Shown piece after piece: positions 13,185-25,982 of a stretch of 64,000 nucleotides of DNA. The DNA is from Eledone cirrhosa (Eukaryota), in the NCBI GenBank assembly GCA_964016885.1, contig OZ024742.1:60202001-60266000 (forward strand). The letters run 5' to 3'. Position numbers and translations under genes: made by a program. The notes below the pieces were generated by a model that did no database searches, had not been told where the DNA came from, and saw only the letters and a list, made by a program, of their open reading frames with translations. Each line of letters opens with the position of its first letter. Position 1 is the first letter of the stretch.

Positions 13185-13241
13185 ACTGCCTGAAGAGGTC
13201 ACAGCCAATGATGGCTGTCACCGAAATATATATATAGTAGT
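13185..13241 (+). ncRNA. Type I hammerhead ribozyme motif with (AT)-palindromic helix III
   Basis: ACTGC-CTGAAGA-GGTcACAGCCA atga TGGCTGTcACC-GAA-ATATATATAT-A-GTAGT. Helix I is ACUGC/GUAGU. Confidence 0.82.
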
Positions 13242-13329
13242 ATATCTATAATTTATAATAAACGATATATAATCATATGTATATATATATATATATATAT
13301 TTATAATTTATAATAGACGATATATAATC

Positions 13330-13365
<36 letters not shown>

Positions 13366-13368
<3 letters not shown>

Positions 13369-14168
13369 CAATATCGGAGAAAGCTTTTTAGCGATACTCC
13401 GGCCAAATTCCAACTCACTCAACAAACATTAGGAAATAAGTGATTATATTCCCAATTATGTGTTCGGGGTGCTAACTAAAAGTATTGCGTGGAAAGTTGG
13501 CTGTATTATTTCAAATGAGACATATCTAATATATCTCTTCCCAGGATTCCTACAATTTGGGTGAAATTGATATATATTCAAGTGGGCTCCTATAATTCAT
13601 CAGTGGGTGCCCCAATAATACTAATATTGATAATCTAACCAACATCAGCATTTAGCGATAATCACTTTCTGTGCCTGAGGTATCTGTCAGGTTACCAGTC
13701 TAGCAGTTCTGAATGAAGTGCTTGAACTGATTCAAAAAATGAGGAAGTGAATTACCGCCAAAAAAAAACAATACATGCGCGTGACAATGAACTCTGAAAG
13801 GAATTCAGGCCACATGCTAAGAACTCAATTGGAAATTGAAAAATATCTATGTGTGTACAACATTTGATGACACAGATATTTTCTCGGGCAAAATAACAGA
13901 ATGAGATATAAGAAACAATCAATATTCATATATAAAAAATAAACAAAGAAATGTTAACCTTATACCGGGAATTGTTTTCAAATCTGCTGCGCCAAGAGTA
14001 AGTAAATACATACAATATCGGAGAAAGCTTTTTAGCGATACTCCGGCCAAATTCCAACTCACTCAACAAACATTAGGAAATAAGTGATTATATTCCCAAT
14101 TATGTGTTCGGGGTGCTAACTAAAAGTATTGCGTGGAAAATTGGCTGTATTATTTCAAATGAGACATA

Positions 14169-14178
<10 letters not shown>
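13366..14178 (+). mobile_element. Non-coding element bounded by 169-bp direct repeats (13366-13534 and 14010-14178, one mismatch seen), flanked by (TA)n
   Basis: Direct comparison of the two copies; 475-bp unique interior; no ORF. Confidence 0.75.
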
Positions 14179-14234
<56 letters not shown>

Positions 14235-15819
14235 CCGGTTAGTCAAAGAAGCCGAGCAGTAGCCATGATGACTATCTTCCAAGTGGTGAGTTGGCAGGAT
14301 TTGATCTCAGAAAACATAAGGCTCTAGCAAATGCATCAATCCAAAATACCTGGATTAGAACATTATTTATCCTTCTTGAAAGGATGAAGTGCCAATCAGA
14401 AAGTTTTTTTTTAATTAAATGGGACCAGGAAAACAACTGTAATTTGTAAACCCAGAAAAAATGAACGGCGAAGTTAACTTTGATCAAATTTATCTCTGAA
14501 CTCAGCGAGCCGGAACAAATAACAAGCTACTTAATCCAATATTTTATCAACAAACCACCAGATATATGCCATTGAATTAAAGGAAAGCTGAATTATAAAC
14601 ACTTGACTGAAGTTGGAATTATTCTGTATACAAATTCTGGTCTTAATTCTTGACTAAAACTACCATAGTTCATCGGAACACCTGGCATTGCTGATAATTT
14701 TCACGGTACAAAATTACTTATGCGCATTTAATGTAATATTTGCATTAATTATTGAATCAATATCATGGGCGATAAATTGATTATAGTGGCGTGGTATCAG
14801 ATGGTAGAATTGAATTTCTTGTGGTGTTTGTTCAAATCCTATCGCTTTTGACCACAGAACGTAAACATGCGTTACTCAATACTGCAAGCTATATATCCAT
14901 TAACAAAAACAGTAAAGATATGTCAAATGGTTAAATAAATTAATGAGGTCAGTCCACCGCAAAATCCGGACGATCTCTATTTGTCCATGGGCCTTCAATT
15001 TTTGATGAAGCTGTAGAAGTGACTACTTAACATGTGGTGTGCGGCCTTCTCCACGTTGGAGCACAGCTGTTTTCCTTCCAAAGAAAGTTTGAGGTAAGGA
15101 AAGTGAGCAAACAAGAAAGAGCGAGAGAGTGAGTAAGTGAGTGAGTGAGTGTGTGTGTATGTGTGCGTGCGAGAGTGAGAGAGAGAGAGTGAGAGAGAGA
15201 GAGTGAGAGAGAGAGCGAGGGAGAGAGAGATATAGTGAGAGAGGGATTGAGAGAGAGAAGGGGGGTGAAAATAAGATAGAGGAAGTAACGGACCCACTCA
15301 TGAATTGGTGTTTTGTCAATCTGGAAATGATGAAAAACAAAGCTGACCTATGTGAGATTTGAACCCAGAGCATAAAGTGACGTCACTTAATGCTACAAAG
15401 TATATTATCCACAAGAACGTAATAATGGCATATCTATTATAAATTAGTTAATGATAACGTCAGCTTGCAACTATGTGTGATAGATAATAGACATCAAATA
15501 AATGGCCGAACAATTGGTACCATTATGTTTCCATAGCAAAAATATTCAACTAAATCTGTAGCTGAAAATAGGTGTATTATATTGTTATGTGTAATTTACA
15601 CGTGTTTTAGTAATTCTTATTAATGAGATAATGTGGTCTTATAGACATGAATTAGGTTAGAGGAATTTTAAGAGTTGTTGAACAGCGTAAAGTATTATAA
15701 AACATTTAACAAAAATAATAAAATAAAATAAACAAAACACACTAACTCTCAAAATCGGAATGTATGTCGGTTTACATAAATAGTAATGATAATTATTATT
15801 AGTCTCATTTCCATTGCGT

Positions 15820-16800
15820 GTTGTCATTGCATTTCCGAGCACAGTTCTGTGCGCCTTAGGTATGTGCAGTGTTGTTTTGGGTGTTGTTGTTTATTCCAAA
15901 TAATTTTTGTAATATGTGTGCAATGCTTGATTGATCTTATATACGTGTGATATATACATTCATATTCATACGTCCTGGGGTTTGGGTTATATGAATGCCT
16001 CTGTGTGTGTGTGTGTGCTTTTTTCAAATCATTTCTAGCGTATCTTACTGTAGGGATTGTTTCAGTTTATATTATCTACATACCGATTATTTATATTTAG
16101 AAAATTTCTCCACTTCCTTGATAAGTATGTAGTCAACTGTGGGGAATGATACGTCAATTAAAAGGTGTTACTGTTCTTTGATGTCTTTCATTTCAATATT
16201 TGATTGATTAGCTTTTATTACCCTATCTTTGTGTAGTGGCATATATAGGTGTATGGTTAATTTGACATTCTCTGACATCGTTCCTTGTACATACTTGAAT
16301 CAATTCTTTAGTGTATGTATTTGATAAAGCTGGCATAATTTCCCGAACATAGATATAAGGCCTGTCGATATATTCATTTGTGGATAAGACTGGACTGCCA
16401 GGGACAATATGGATTATTGTTTCTTGCTAACGTCTATATATTCAGTAGTTACTTAATGTGTTCTGCTTCGTTTGTACTTTTGGTGGTTTCTGTTAGGAAG
16501 GCTTTGATCTTTCAGACTCGGCTTAGAGCCCATTGCTTCTTAGCTAGTGTTTTGAATTGTCCTTGTCTACATCATTCAAATTCAGTATTTTGGGGTATTG
16601 GAAAGAAAATTGCTGCTGCTACGACTGCATGTAGAATATCACCCTAGGACCATTTATATTTGAACTACTTCAATTGATAACTATGTAATCTAACTAAACT
16701 ATGGATGAGCTGAAAGGAAATTTTCTCTTTGAGTTCGTGTCTTTGATGCTCTTCCATTAATTCTCATGATTACATAGACTGTTTATATCACACATTTTGT
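15820..16800 (-). mobile_element. Heavily decayed RLE-type (R4/Dong-like) non-LTR retrotransposon 3' fragment
   Basis: Minus-strand translation near 16090-16230 gives DRVIKANQSNIEMKDIKEQ*HLLIDVSFPTVDYILIKEVEKFSKYK, resembling the restriction-like endonuclease motif (KANRPDI...LIDVS.P......EKLSKY). Confidence 0.6.
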
Positions 16801-16832
16801 AAGTTCAAAATTACTCTAGGCTGTGTTAGTTG

Positions 16833-17020
16833 TTAATAATAAATAATGATGACGATGACGATGAGGATATATAAAAGAATGATGTTAATATTGATAATGC
16901 CGATAATGGGGATGGTGATAATGATGATAACAAGGCGGATGAGGATGATAGTGGTGTTGGTTGTAGTGGTGATATATGCTGTGGCCACAATGATAAGGAT
17001 GATGATAATTATGAAAATAA
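16833..17020. repeat. Degenerate (ATG/GAT)n low-complexity tract
   Basis: Directly visible. Confidence 0.85.
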
Positions 17021-17023
17021 TTG

Positions 17024-17206
17024 TTTCTACTTTTTGCACAAGGCCAGCAATTACCCAGTACGTTATTGATACTTTATGTTATCGACCCCGTAAGGATGAA
17101 AGACAAAGTTAACCTCGGCGGGATATGAACTCAGACCGTAAAGGGACGTAACTATGCTGCAAAGCATGGCGTCAGACTATCTACCGATACTGCCAATCCA
17201 CCACCC
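17024..17206 (-). mobile_element. tRNA-derived SINE, near full length
   Basis: Same head, core and tail as 10353-10536. Confidence 0.88.
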
Positions 17207-17439
17207 GTATAATTATGAAAATAATGATAAAAACAACAACCAACCAACTAGAGTTTTATGACAATATTCTTTACTGAAGCAGAGGTTAAAATTGCAGTAT
17301 CCAAGATAGATTACATATTGATCATGCGTTTATTATTGAGGTAATAGCTCACTAGTCACTGTTTGTGACACAGAACATCTAGCCAAAATAGAAACATTGG
17401 GAGTGTAAATTATGTAGATAGAACTAACACATATAAAAC

Positions 17440-17650
17440 TGGCAATTCGTCGGTTATAGCGATGAGTATTACAGTTGATTTGACCACTGGAATAACCTGC
17501 CGTGAAATTAATGTGCAAGTGGCTAAGCATCCTACAGACACGTGTATCCATAGCGTAGTTCTCGGAGAAATGCTGCGTGATAGAGAACATAACAAGGCTG
17601 GTCTTTCGAATTACAAGCACAACCTGCTTTGGCAAGCTGGGTGAACTGTT
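17440..17650 (+). mobile_element. Second SINE family body (AAATTAAtGTGCAAGTGGCT...); other copies at ~25520-25620, ~47940-48130 and, inverted, ~43560-43710
   Basis: The motif GAAATTAAyGTGCAAGTGGCTrAGCA..ACACGTGTAcCC.TAaCGTAGTTCTC recurs within the window. Confidence 0.65.
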
Positions 17651-18689
17651 ACAAGAGGGGATAAAGTTTCTTGCTGAATGATGCAATGCGCCGTCATGTA
17701 TCGAGATCTCGACTGTACGATCGTGAGGCAAATACCATCCCCACTAAAGCATGCACCTTGGAACATATCTAAAACAAATATACTGACTAAACAAAGCCAT
17801 CGAAAGCAACAACAATATTAATAAAAGGAAACAAGTGAGATATTTAGAAAAAGGGATCCCTTAAGATGGAATTGTGCACCAAATTAAGTTAGTGATGGAG
17901 AAGTACAAAATAGTATATTTAATAAACCACAAATTCAAACAGATACTCACACACAGCATTCACATAATATACATACTACATACTAACAGAAATCAAACCC
18001 GGAGTGGGTGTTCCCGCTAGTTTGTAAGATGGTAACATAGAAAATCAATTAACGTTTATTTATTCAGGAAACACGAAGATTCGGTATGAAAGCATAGGAA
18101 TATAAATATTGCCGTGTTTAAGAGTGGCCTATGTTATGAATCCATAAAAGTACTACACCAATCGTCCTCAAAGAGGCTGATGTGGGCTACCTATGCCGAT
18201 GGGACTATAGAGGATGGAGCGAATAATTGAACTTTTGGGTAAAAATTTGCTATTCTATCAGAAATTAAAATATATAGCCGTTTATCTTTACTGCCAATAT
18301 ATTTAAAATTTTGTTTACTGATTTATTAATTTTCATACATGCCGGTAAGCTGAAAAATAAAGGTGTCGATGTTCCATGAAGGTGTCGATGTTCCATGAAG
18401 GTGTCGATGGTGTAAAGTGATTGGGGACCTCTGTGGATTGTATTAGACACATTCACCATTTCTAATGAATATGGTCAATAAACAAGTAATTTTAAAATGT
18501 ATTTTACTTGATACGTGGGAATAATAGCGGGTCCAATCAAAGAACGACAGCATATTTCGTTATACCGGAATTATACTACAGTAGCTTAAAATCGTTATGC
18601 ATCAGTATGTATTGAGCTTAATAACATCTATAATAATGCTTTAATCACAAGATTGGTAACAATTGTTTTATAAACACACACACACTCAT

Positions 18690-19652
18690 AAGAATTGATG
18701 AACAGCTTCTCAATCGCCTGTAATCTATTTAGTTTAACAATCACCATTATGAAGACAAGTGATATATCAACCAAGGCCAAACACCCACATCAAGTGGATG
18801 TTGGGCAAGGACAGCTGGGGCATGAGCATCCCCGTTTTCCCATCAATGCTGATAGCAGGGATTTGAAGTATGTGGACTCCTTTACTTGCCCTGGCAGCAG
18901 GGTAAACAGCTCCACATCCCTGGATCATGTTATCGTCAATCGCATCTCTAAAGAAACTGACGCCTTTGGCTAATTTCCTCATCGTTTAAAGGTGTGTCTG
19001 AGGTATATCACTGAAAACGAAAGTTCCAAATTAACGTGCAATGGTACTGACAACACTAGCTTGGTGTCATGAACACTTCATCGCACTCATATTTACAGGC
19101 TGAACGTTACAGGCTCAAACATTTTCTTTCCTCTACCTGTGTTTATGCACTTTCTGACTGAATCGCCAATACTGATCTCTTCTCGTGGTACAACATCGGT
19201 AGTATTGAGTCATTTCTGATGCAATCCCAACTCAGACGGGCTGCTCATATCCTACAGATGACTGATGATAGCACATCCAAGGTAGTCTTATATAGTCAAA
19301 TTTATAATCGTGCCCGTAATGTAGGCAGGCAATTTCTTAGATTTAAAGATAAACTGAGGAACAAACTTAAATCTAAGAATATATTTCGGACTTCTTTTAA
19401 AACTTTAGCTACTGACCATAGTAAATAAACAGCTGTCTGTCTGCCAGGAAAACATTAAGAACTCTGAATTATCTCACCTGATTCATACTCAAGTTCTAAG
19501 ATATGCCATCCTACCCCGTGATCTGCATTAAATGCGGTTTAATGTTTAGATTAGCAGCTGGATTGATGTGCCATTTAAAACTTAAACATCAAAATATAAC
19601 GGAGAAATCTGTTGAACCCTCATACGTCGATACATGACGAGAGAGTCCATTA
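18690..19652 (+). mobile_element. RTE-clade LINE, 5'-truncated and decayed (RT C-terminus, zinc-finger remnant, tail)
   Basis: LMNSFSIACNLFSLTITIMKT...LKYVDSFTCPGS...NRISKETDAFG; QSQLRRAAHILQMTDDSTSKVVLYSQI...RNVGRQFLRFKDKLR; FRLAAGLMCHLKLKH. Confidence 0.88.
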
Positions 19653-20569
19653 TGTACGTATGTATACATATAAGTGTGTATGTGTATATTTATATTTATA
19701 TATTCAAAATTATGAATACATTGCAAAATAACTATATACATATATAAACATCGCTTTTATCATAAATCCTTGTAAAGCACAAATATTTGGCCACCATTGA
19801 TTGCTTAATAACAACTATGATGTTTGCCGCCATTAAAGACAAAAAATAGGTAGCCGCCATCGGTAAAAAAAAATCAAGGTGGTGAAGCTTGAAGATAGTG
19901 AATTCGATTTGAATATCTGCATCAGACAAACACTGATAAAAGCAATATCTCCTAATCTTCTAACATAGATTGGATACGACTTAATATGTTTTGATTGTGT
20001 TCTATTATATTATATTTTCGCAAAGCAGCTATTATTAACTGAGGTGTTATTAATGAATTTGAAAAAATAAAAATGCAAAATCAATAATATTTGCCTTATA
20101 CAATCAGCGGAATTTTTTTGTACTCTACGATTGAATTGGTCTTGTTAATATGCATGCCATATATTGTATCTCCCAATGAAATAAAAGTTTATAAAGGTTA
20201 AGTGAAATTTGAACTAAAAAACTATTATGTTCGAGGCGTCACTGTTTTTGTCTGCAAGCAATATATTATGATTATGATGTTTACTTCTAGATCTGGGGTT
20301 ATTCCCACTGCGTGGCACGTTTAACAATTCAATTCTACACTACCCCAGTCTGGAGGGGCACCCTGATCTCGTAAAATATATGAGTGACGAAAAGTAACAC
20401 AATGGATATGGATATCCATATATGCATATTATATTGTTCCGTATTCATATTGGGTGACTGTGTTTTGGTTATTGTATTCTATCTTAATTTACTAGTGTGT
20501 GTATATATGTGTTTGTTGTTATTGTGCTTGTCTATATATTTATTTATTTATATTCTCTTAGGTCAGTAG

Positions 20570-21335
20570 TGTTTGTTTGGGTGTTGTTATTATTTCATTC
20601 ATTTTTTTCTGTTTAGCTTTGGCCTTCTAAGTTTTATTTCATTGGCCTCTCTGATTTGCCTATCTGCTGGGTCATTTCTATATTTAGACATTATTTTAAT
20701 TTCTATGTTGTCTATGTTACCGTCATGTTGTTGTCTGGCGTGTTCGTATAGTACTGAACCGTTTTTTCTTCCTCTTAGTTCCCCCCAGTGTTGGTCTATC
20801 CTTACACCTATGCTACGAGCTGTCTTGCCTATGCAAGTTGTCATGTTTCTGCAAGTACCCTCTGTACATATTATGCTATAGACTACGTTTCTAGTTTTAC
20901 AGTTTATCCGGGGTTTACTTTACATATAATACATTTCCTATTCGTACAGTGGGTTTTCTTAAAAGGGTCTGTTTTGCTGATCAGGGATTTTATGGTGGTT
21001 CCTGGCTTTTCTACCACCTTTATTTCTGTTATTAATTCTGGCAATATTACACAAATATGACCCTCCCCAAGTATAACAATATTTGCTTCGACACACGATT
21101 TCATATAAAAAACCTAGCAAAACTAATATATATACATATATATACATATACATATATATATATATACATATATATACATATATATACATATACATATATA
21201 TACATATACATATATATTTATGATGGTTCCTGGCTTTTCTACCACCTTAATTTTTAAGTGGGTCTTTCTCAGGGCCTTTCTACACTGGTTAGCTAATTTC
21301 CGTTCAGGGGTAGTGTCCACGAACATGATACTCAG
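20570..21335 (-). mobile_element. Penelope-like element fragment (linker plus GIY-YIG endonuclease), split by an insertion
   Basis: MFVDTTPERKLANQCRKAL..KIKVVEKPGTTIKSLISKTDPFKKTHCTNRKCIIC; CIGKTARSIGVRIDQH...SVLYEHARQQH...DPADRQIREA...LNRK. Confidence 0.85.
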
Positions 21336-21500
21336 CGAGTGTGTTCTGTTATTAATTCTGGCAATATTATTATAACAATATGACCCTCCCCAAGTATAAC
21401 AATATATATATATATATATACATATATATATACATATATAAATTAATAAAAACAATGAAATAAAAACAAAGAACAGGTTCCTTATATTGAAAAAAATATT

Positions 21501-21632
21501 ATTTTACGATCGTTTCTGGGATATATATATGTGTTGGTATGTATATCATGATAATGATCCTATGTAAAAAAATATTACAAATTATCAGAGGAGATATACA
21601 TACCTTCACCTATACAAGCCATCTTCAGAAAT
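21501..21632 (-). ncRNA. Hammerhead ribozyme motif with ~105-nt extended helix II
   Basis: ATTT-CTGAAGA-TGG...GGTATGTATATC..TGATAAT...ATTATCA..GATATACATACC...CCA-GAA-ACGATCGT-A-AAAT. Confidence 0.8.
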
Positions 21633-22304
21633 GATGAAGTATGTTTATTGAAAGAAACAAAGTATTAATACAAAAAGTCTGTTTGGGAACATGTTTTGAT
21701 AGAATAACAGTAGTAGAACTTTATGCTAGGAGAGGAGGTATGTAAATTTATGCTTTGAATGAAAAGAAGACAATGGAGAAGAGAAAGATAGGGGTTAAAA
21801 TGAGGTCAAGTCAAGGATATAATGAAGGATTCCCCCAACATTGGTGTTATTAAAGAATGCTGTTAAAAGCGAAGGGAAGATCTTTTTTTTCGTGGGATGG
21901 GAGTGTTAGTGAGAAATACTACTCCTGTTTAAATTTCAAGGAATCTAGATACATAAAAGGAAAGTAATTTATTGATAGGTATACTTACAGAGTTAAAATT
22001 ATATTAATTCTTATAAAGAAAAAAAAATAAATAAAGAAAAAAGAAAAAATATACATAGAAAAACTGAAATAGATAAAATTTTATAAAAAGTAGTGTATCT
22101 ATCTAAACATCCATAATATTAAAGATATTAATTATATTTACTAATCCTAGGTATTAAATGTGATAAATCGGGGATGCGGTTAAAAGAAGTAGTGAGGTTA
22201 AAGATAACTTTAGGTAAAGTGAGCTGCAAGTGGGAAATAAAATTATAAAATTCTCTGTAGTAAATATCTAATTATAGGTTAACTAAATTTAAAAAAAAAT
22301 GTTT

Positions 22305-22460
22305 TATTAATTATAATAATTTGTAAAATATAAGAGTAAGTATATATTAATTAAGTTTATAATATTTGAAGGTTTTTTCTAATTAATTATAATAATTTGT
22401 AAAATATAAGAGTGAGGTATATATTAATTAAGTTCATAATATTTGAAGGTTTTTCTAATT
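22305..22460. repeat. ~77-bp tandem duplication at the end of the PLE ORF
   Basis: ATTAATTATAATAATTTGTAAAATATAAGAGT...TAATATTTGAAGGTTTTT occurs twice. Confidence 0.85.
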
Positions 22461-23949
22461 CTATGATTGCATGATATAATTAACTCCTGTCGCTTATTTA
22501 ATAGGATATCATTAGATTTCATGATTTCAAATAGGTTTGGGGAGCATAACCTACACTCATATGTGCTATTTTGATAAGGGGTGGCCCTTTTGAGCACGCT
22601 CCAAGTCAGGTAGTAATCAATATCCTTCTTTCTATAATTATTAATTGCTTCAACCAAGGAGGTTGTATTAGCTAATGCGGCATTTTTAAAACTACTTTTG
22701 TGGGTATTAAATCTTACTTTAAATTGGTTAGACGTAGCTCCTATATAGGATTGAATGGAGACTTAGTATTTTGATTCTACAGTTACAGCCATTCGTAAAT
22801 ATTGTATCAGGAGAGTTAATTGTGTTATCTATAGTGGTATTAATGTTACTATTTTCATTAATGTATGGTTTAGGATGGGTTGTAATTAGATTAATATGGT
22901 TAGACAGGTTGTTGGTGGGTGATAGTTTAGGGGATGTGGAGCTAGTAGAGTTCTGTTTGTTTTGGGGATTATTAGTCAAAATTGGTGTGGAATTTACGGG
23001 ACCTATTATAGGTGAAGAAGTTTTGGTTTATTTTAGTATTATTATGGTTGGTTTGATGTGTTGGTGGTATATTTATGTTTTTTTTTACACTTATATGTGT
23101 TGTAAGCACTTATATTCTGTTGTATATTCTTGGTAGTGGAGTAGGAAAATTTGACAGTAGATCTATTTAAAATTTGATGGTATTTATGGTTTGGTGGGAA
23201 GTCTTTCTCTGGGATAGCAAGGAATGTTTTAGGGATATGGTCTTTAATCTGTAGATTAAATGGAGCATTATACCATGTAACTCGTCTATTACGGTTTTGA
23301 CAGTGTTTCTTATATTTATATGATGTATCGGGAGGTTGACTGAGAGAGTTACTATTAGTGATTTTATTATATTTAGGTTTAGTTAGATTAATTGATGTTT
23401 TAGTCTCATTACTAGGAATTTTGTTAGTTATGTTGTTGACATATGTTAGAGTATTAGGGTAAATGATTTCTTGAAAGTCATTATCTTTTATGTGAGAAGA
23501 GGTAGAGAAATTAAGTTGTGGGTTGGTGTTTTTAGGTGTAGTATCAGTGGCATTTAGGTGTGGGTTTTTGATTTGGTGTTTGTTTGTAATATTAGGTTGT
23601 ATGTTTGAAATTTGTTCTTATGACCGCTTCTAGTTAAAACTTCATTATAAAAGGGCGCGTTTTTAACGAATACATAATGATTTTATGAAAGGTTAGAGAT
23701 TCTGAGTGAGATATTATATGCTAGGTTTTTAAGGATACATCTAGGGTGATTAGATGTGAGTGTATGTAATGCAAGTTTTGGTTAGGTTTATGGTAAGGTT
23801 GGTAGATACCTGTAGATAGGTCCATAGTTATATTTAGGAAATTGACTATTTTACTAGTGTTTTCAAATATAATAGTGAGATTATAATAGTCTTTGGGGAA
23901 ATTTCTAATAAGTTTTTAATTATTTCAATTTCTGATAGGCTAATATGTA

Positions 23950-24023
23950 TAACCAACCAAATAGTGAGTGTGTTCTGTTATTAATTCTGGCAATATTACG
24001 CAAATATGACCCTCCCCAAGTAT

Positions 24024-24030
<7 letters not shown>
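23950..24030 (+). mobile_element. Short terminal module (also at 21025-21130 and 21335-21403; related to the ends of 2077-2615) followed by (TA)n
   Basis: TTCTGTTATTAATTCTGGCAATATTAC(G/A)CAAATATGACCCTCCCCAAGTATAACAAT, three near-identical copies. Confidence 0.8.
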
Positions 24031-24090
<60 letters not shown>

Positions 24091-24164
24091 CCTATATATA
24101 TATGTAGTAAATATCCCTAGGTGTGAAATAGGAAAAAGGAGACGAGGTATCTGAGTATGATATA

Positions 24165-24206
<42 letters not shown>

Positions 24207-25342
24207 ACTACATATATATTTGTATTTATGGGGGCTTATGGGTGTGCATAGATGAGCCTGAGGATATGTTTGTTGATGCTAAATAATTCTAGCCTAATAA
24301 TCCTATGACACAAAATCAGCACCAAGAACACAAATGTCTCCTCCTCTGTTCTAACAATTCCGTCAATCCACCGACCTGGTCTAGATGTTTCTTTATTTTC
24401 TCGACTCCAAAACAATAAATTTAAAGATAATTTGTTCGATGTTTTAAATGATTTATCTGCGGTTATCTTGTTATTCCTAATCAAATACACATTTCTAGTA
24501 AGATGTTGCATGTTTCTGGATCATTGTCCATTCCGATGTAAAGTGTTCCATTTGTTCAAATAGCGGAAGACCCTTCTCCTGAAATTAGCGTATCAGTGGC
24601 TCATTATTTCACAGTAAACTGTACCCTTAATTTATTTCTCAACGAGTATCATGAGGAAACAATATGTGCCCAGATGATGTTCAGAATTACCACTAAACCG
24701 AAATTTCTCTCAGTTTTGTAGAGTGAAATAATGCGAAACAATGTATATTGATCAAGGTTAAAACACCTCACTGAGAATGAACTACCTCAAACACAAAGAC
24801 GCCCACAGTCATTCAGATTAAATATTCACACGACTAAAGACCACAAAGTAGTAGGATTGCCAAATCTTACGATTTCTCATGAGTATTGTCATATACGGAT
24901 CTGTATGATTTGGCTTGAGCTTGACATTGCTACATACATGCTTGCATATAACAACGCATAAGAGAATTTAATTAAGTATAATACACGCAAGACGTGATCA
25001 AGGTTATTATAAAAGTAAAAAAAAAATGCAGTGGTTTCCACGAACAATTATTAGTTGGGTTCTAAGAAAAAATCCAAGAATAATCGGGACAACAAATGCC
25101 GGGACTGAGAATGATGGGATCGTGAATACGGGGGACACACTTTATATGGCGTATAGAAAGGAAAACCGAGAATAATTTATGTCTTTTTGGTTGCAAAATA
25201 TAAAAGTGAAACTTGGAACCATTCGACCATTCAAGCGTCCATAAAACCACATTGACACTCATATACGCATATGTATATACATACATATAAATGTACACAC
25301 AACTATATATATATATATATATACACAAACACACTCTCTCTA

Positions 25343-25469
<127 letters not shown>

Positions 25470-25611
25470 AATATATATATATGCCTGATAATATATATAT
25501 ATATATATATATATATCAAGCATTCCGTCGGTCATGAGGACGAGTGTTACAATTGATACGAAATTAACCTGCAAGTGGCTGAGCGTTCTAGGGGTACGCG
25601 TACCCTTAACA

Positions 25612-25716
25612 TGAAATAATGTGTCTTGCTCAAGGACTCAATATGCCACCATGAGTCGAACTCACAACGTTGTGATCGTGAGCCGAATACCCTAACCACA
25701 AAGCCACACACCTTCA
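25612..25716 (-). mobile_element. tRNA-derived SINE head (third family; + strand copy at 51794-51905)
   Basis: Minus strand: TGAAGGTGTGTGGCTTTGTGGTTAGGG...GTGAGTTCGACTC...GTCCTTGAGCAAGACAC, with A and B boxes. Confidence 0.75.
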
Positions 25717-25775
25717 CACTCACACACACACACACACATATATAAATATATATATATTTTATATATATATATATA

Positions 25776-25874
<99 letters not shown>

Positions 25875-25877
25875 TAT

Positions 25878-25960
<83 letters not shown>

Positions 25961-25982
25961 ATATATATATATATATATATAT

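Larger units (their letters stand above)
21440..23945 (-). mobile_element. Penelope-like element, 5'-truncated and decayed (RT thumb, linker, GIY-YIG, 3' UTR, hammerhead)
   Basis: IVNFLNITMDLSTGIYQPYHKPNQ (~23780-23850), GCNCR, VRFNTHKSSF, YYLTWSVLKRATPYQNSTYECRLC...LLNKRQELIISCNH. HHR at 21501-21632. Confidence 0.88.
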
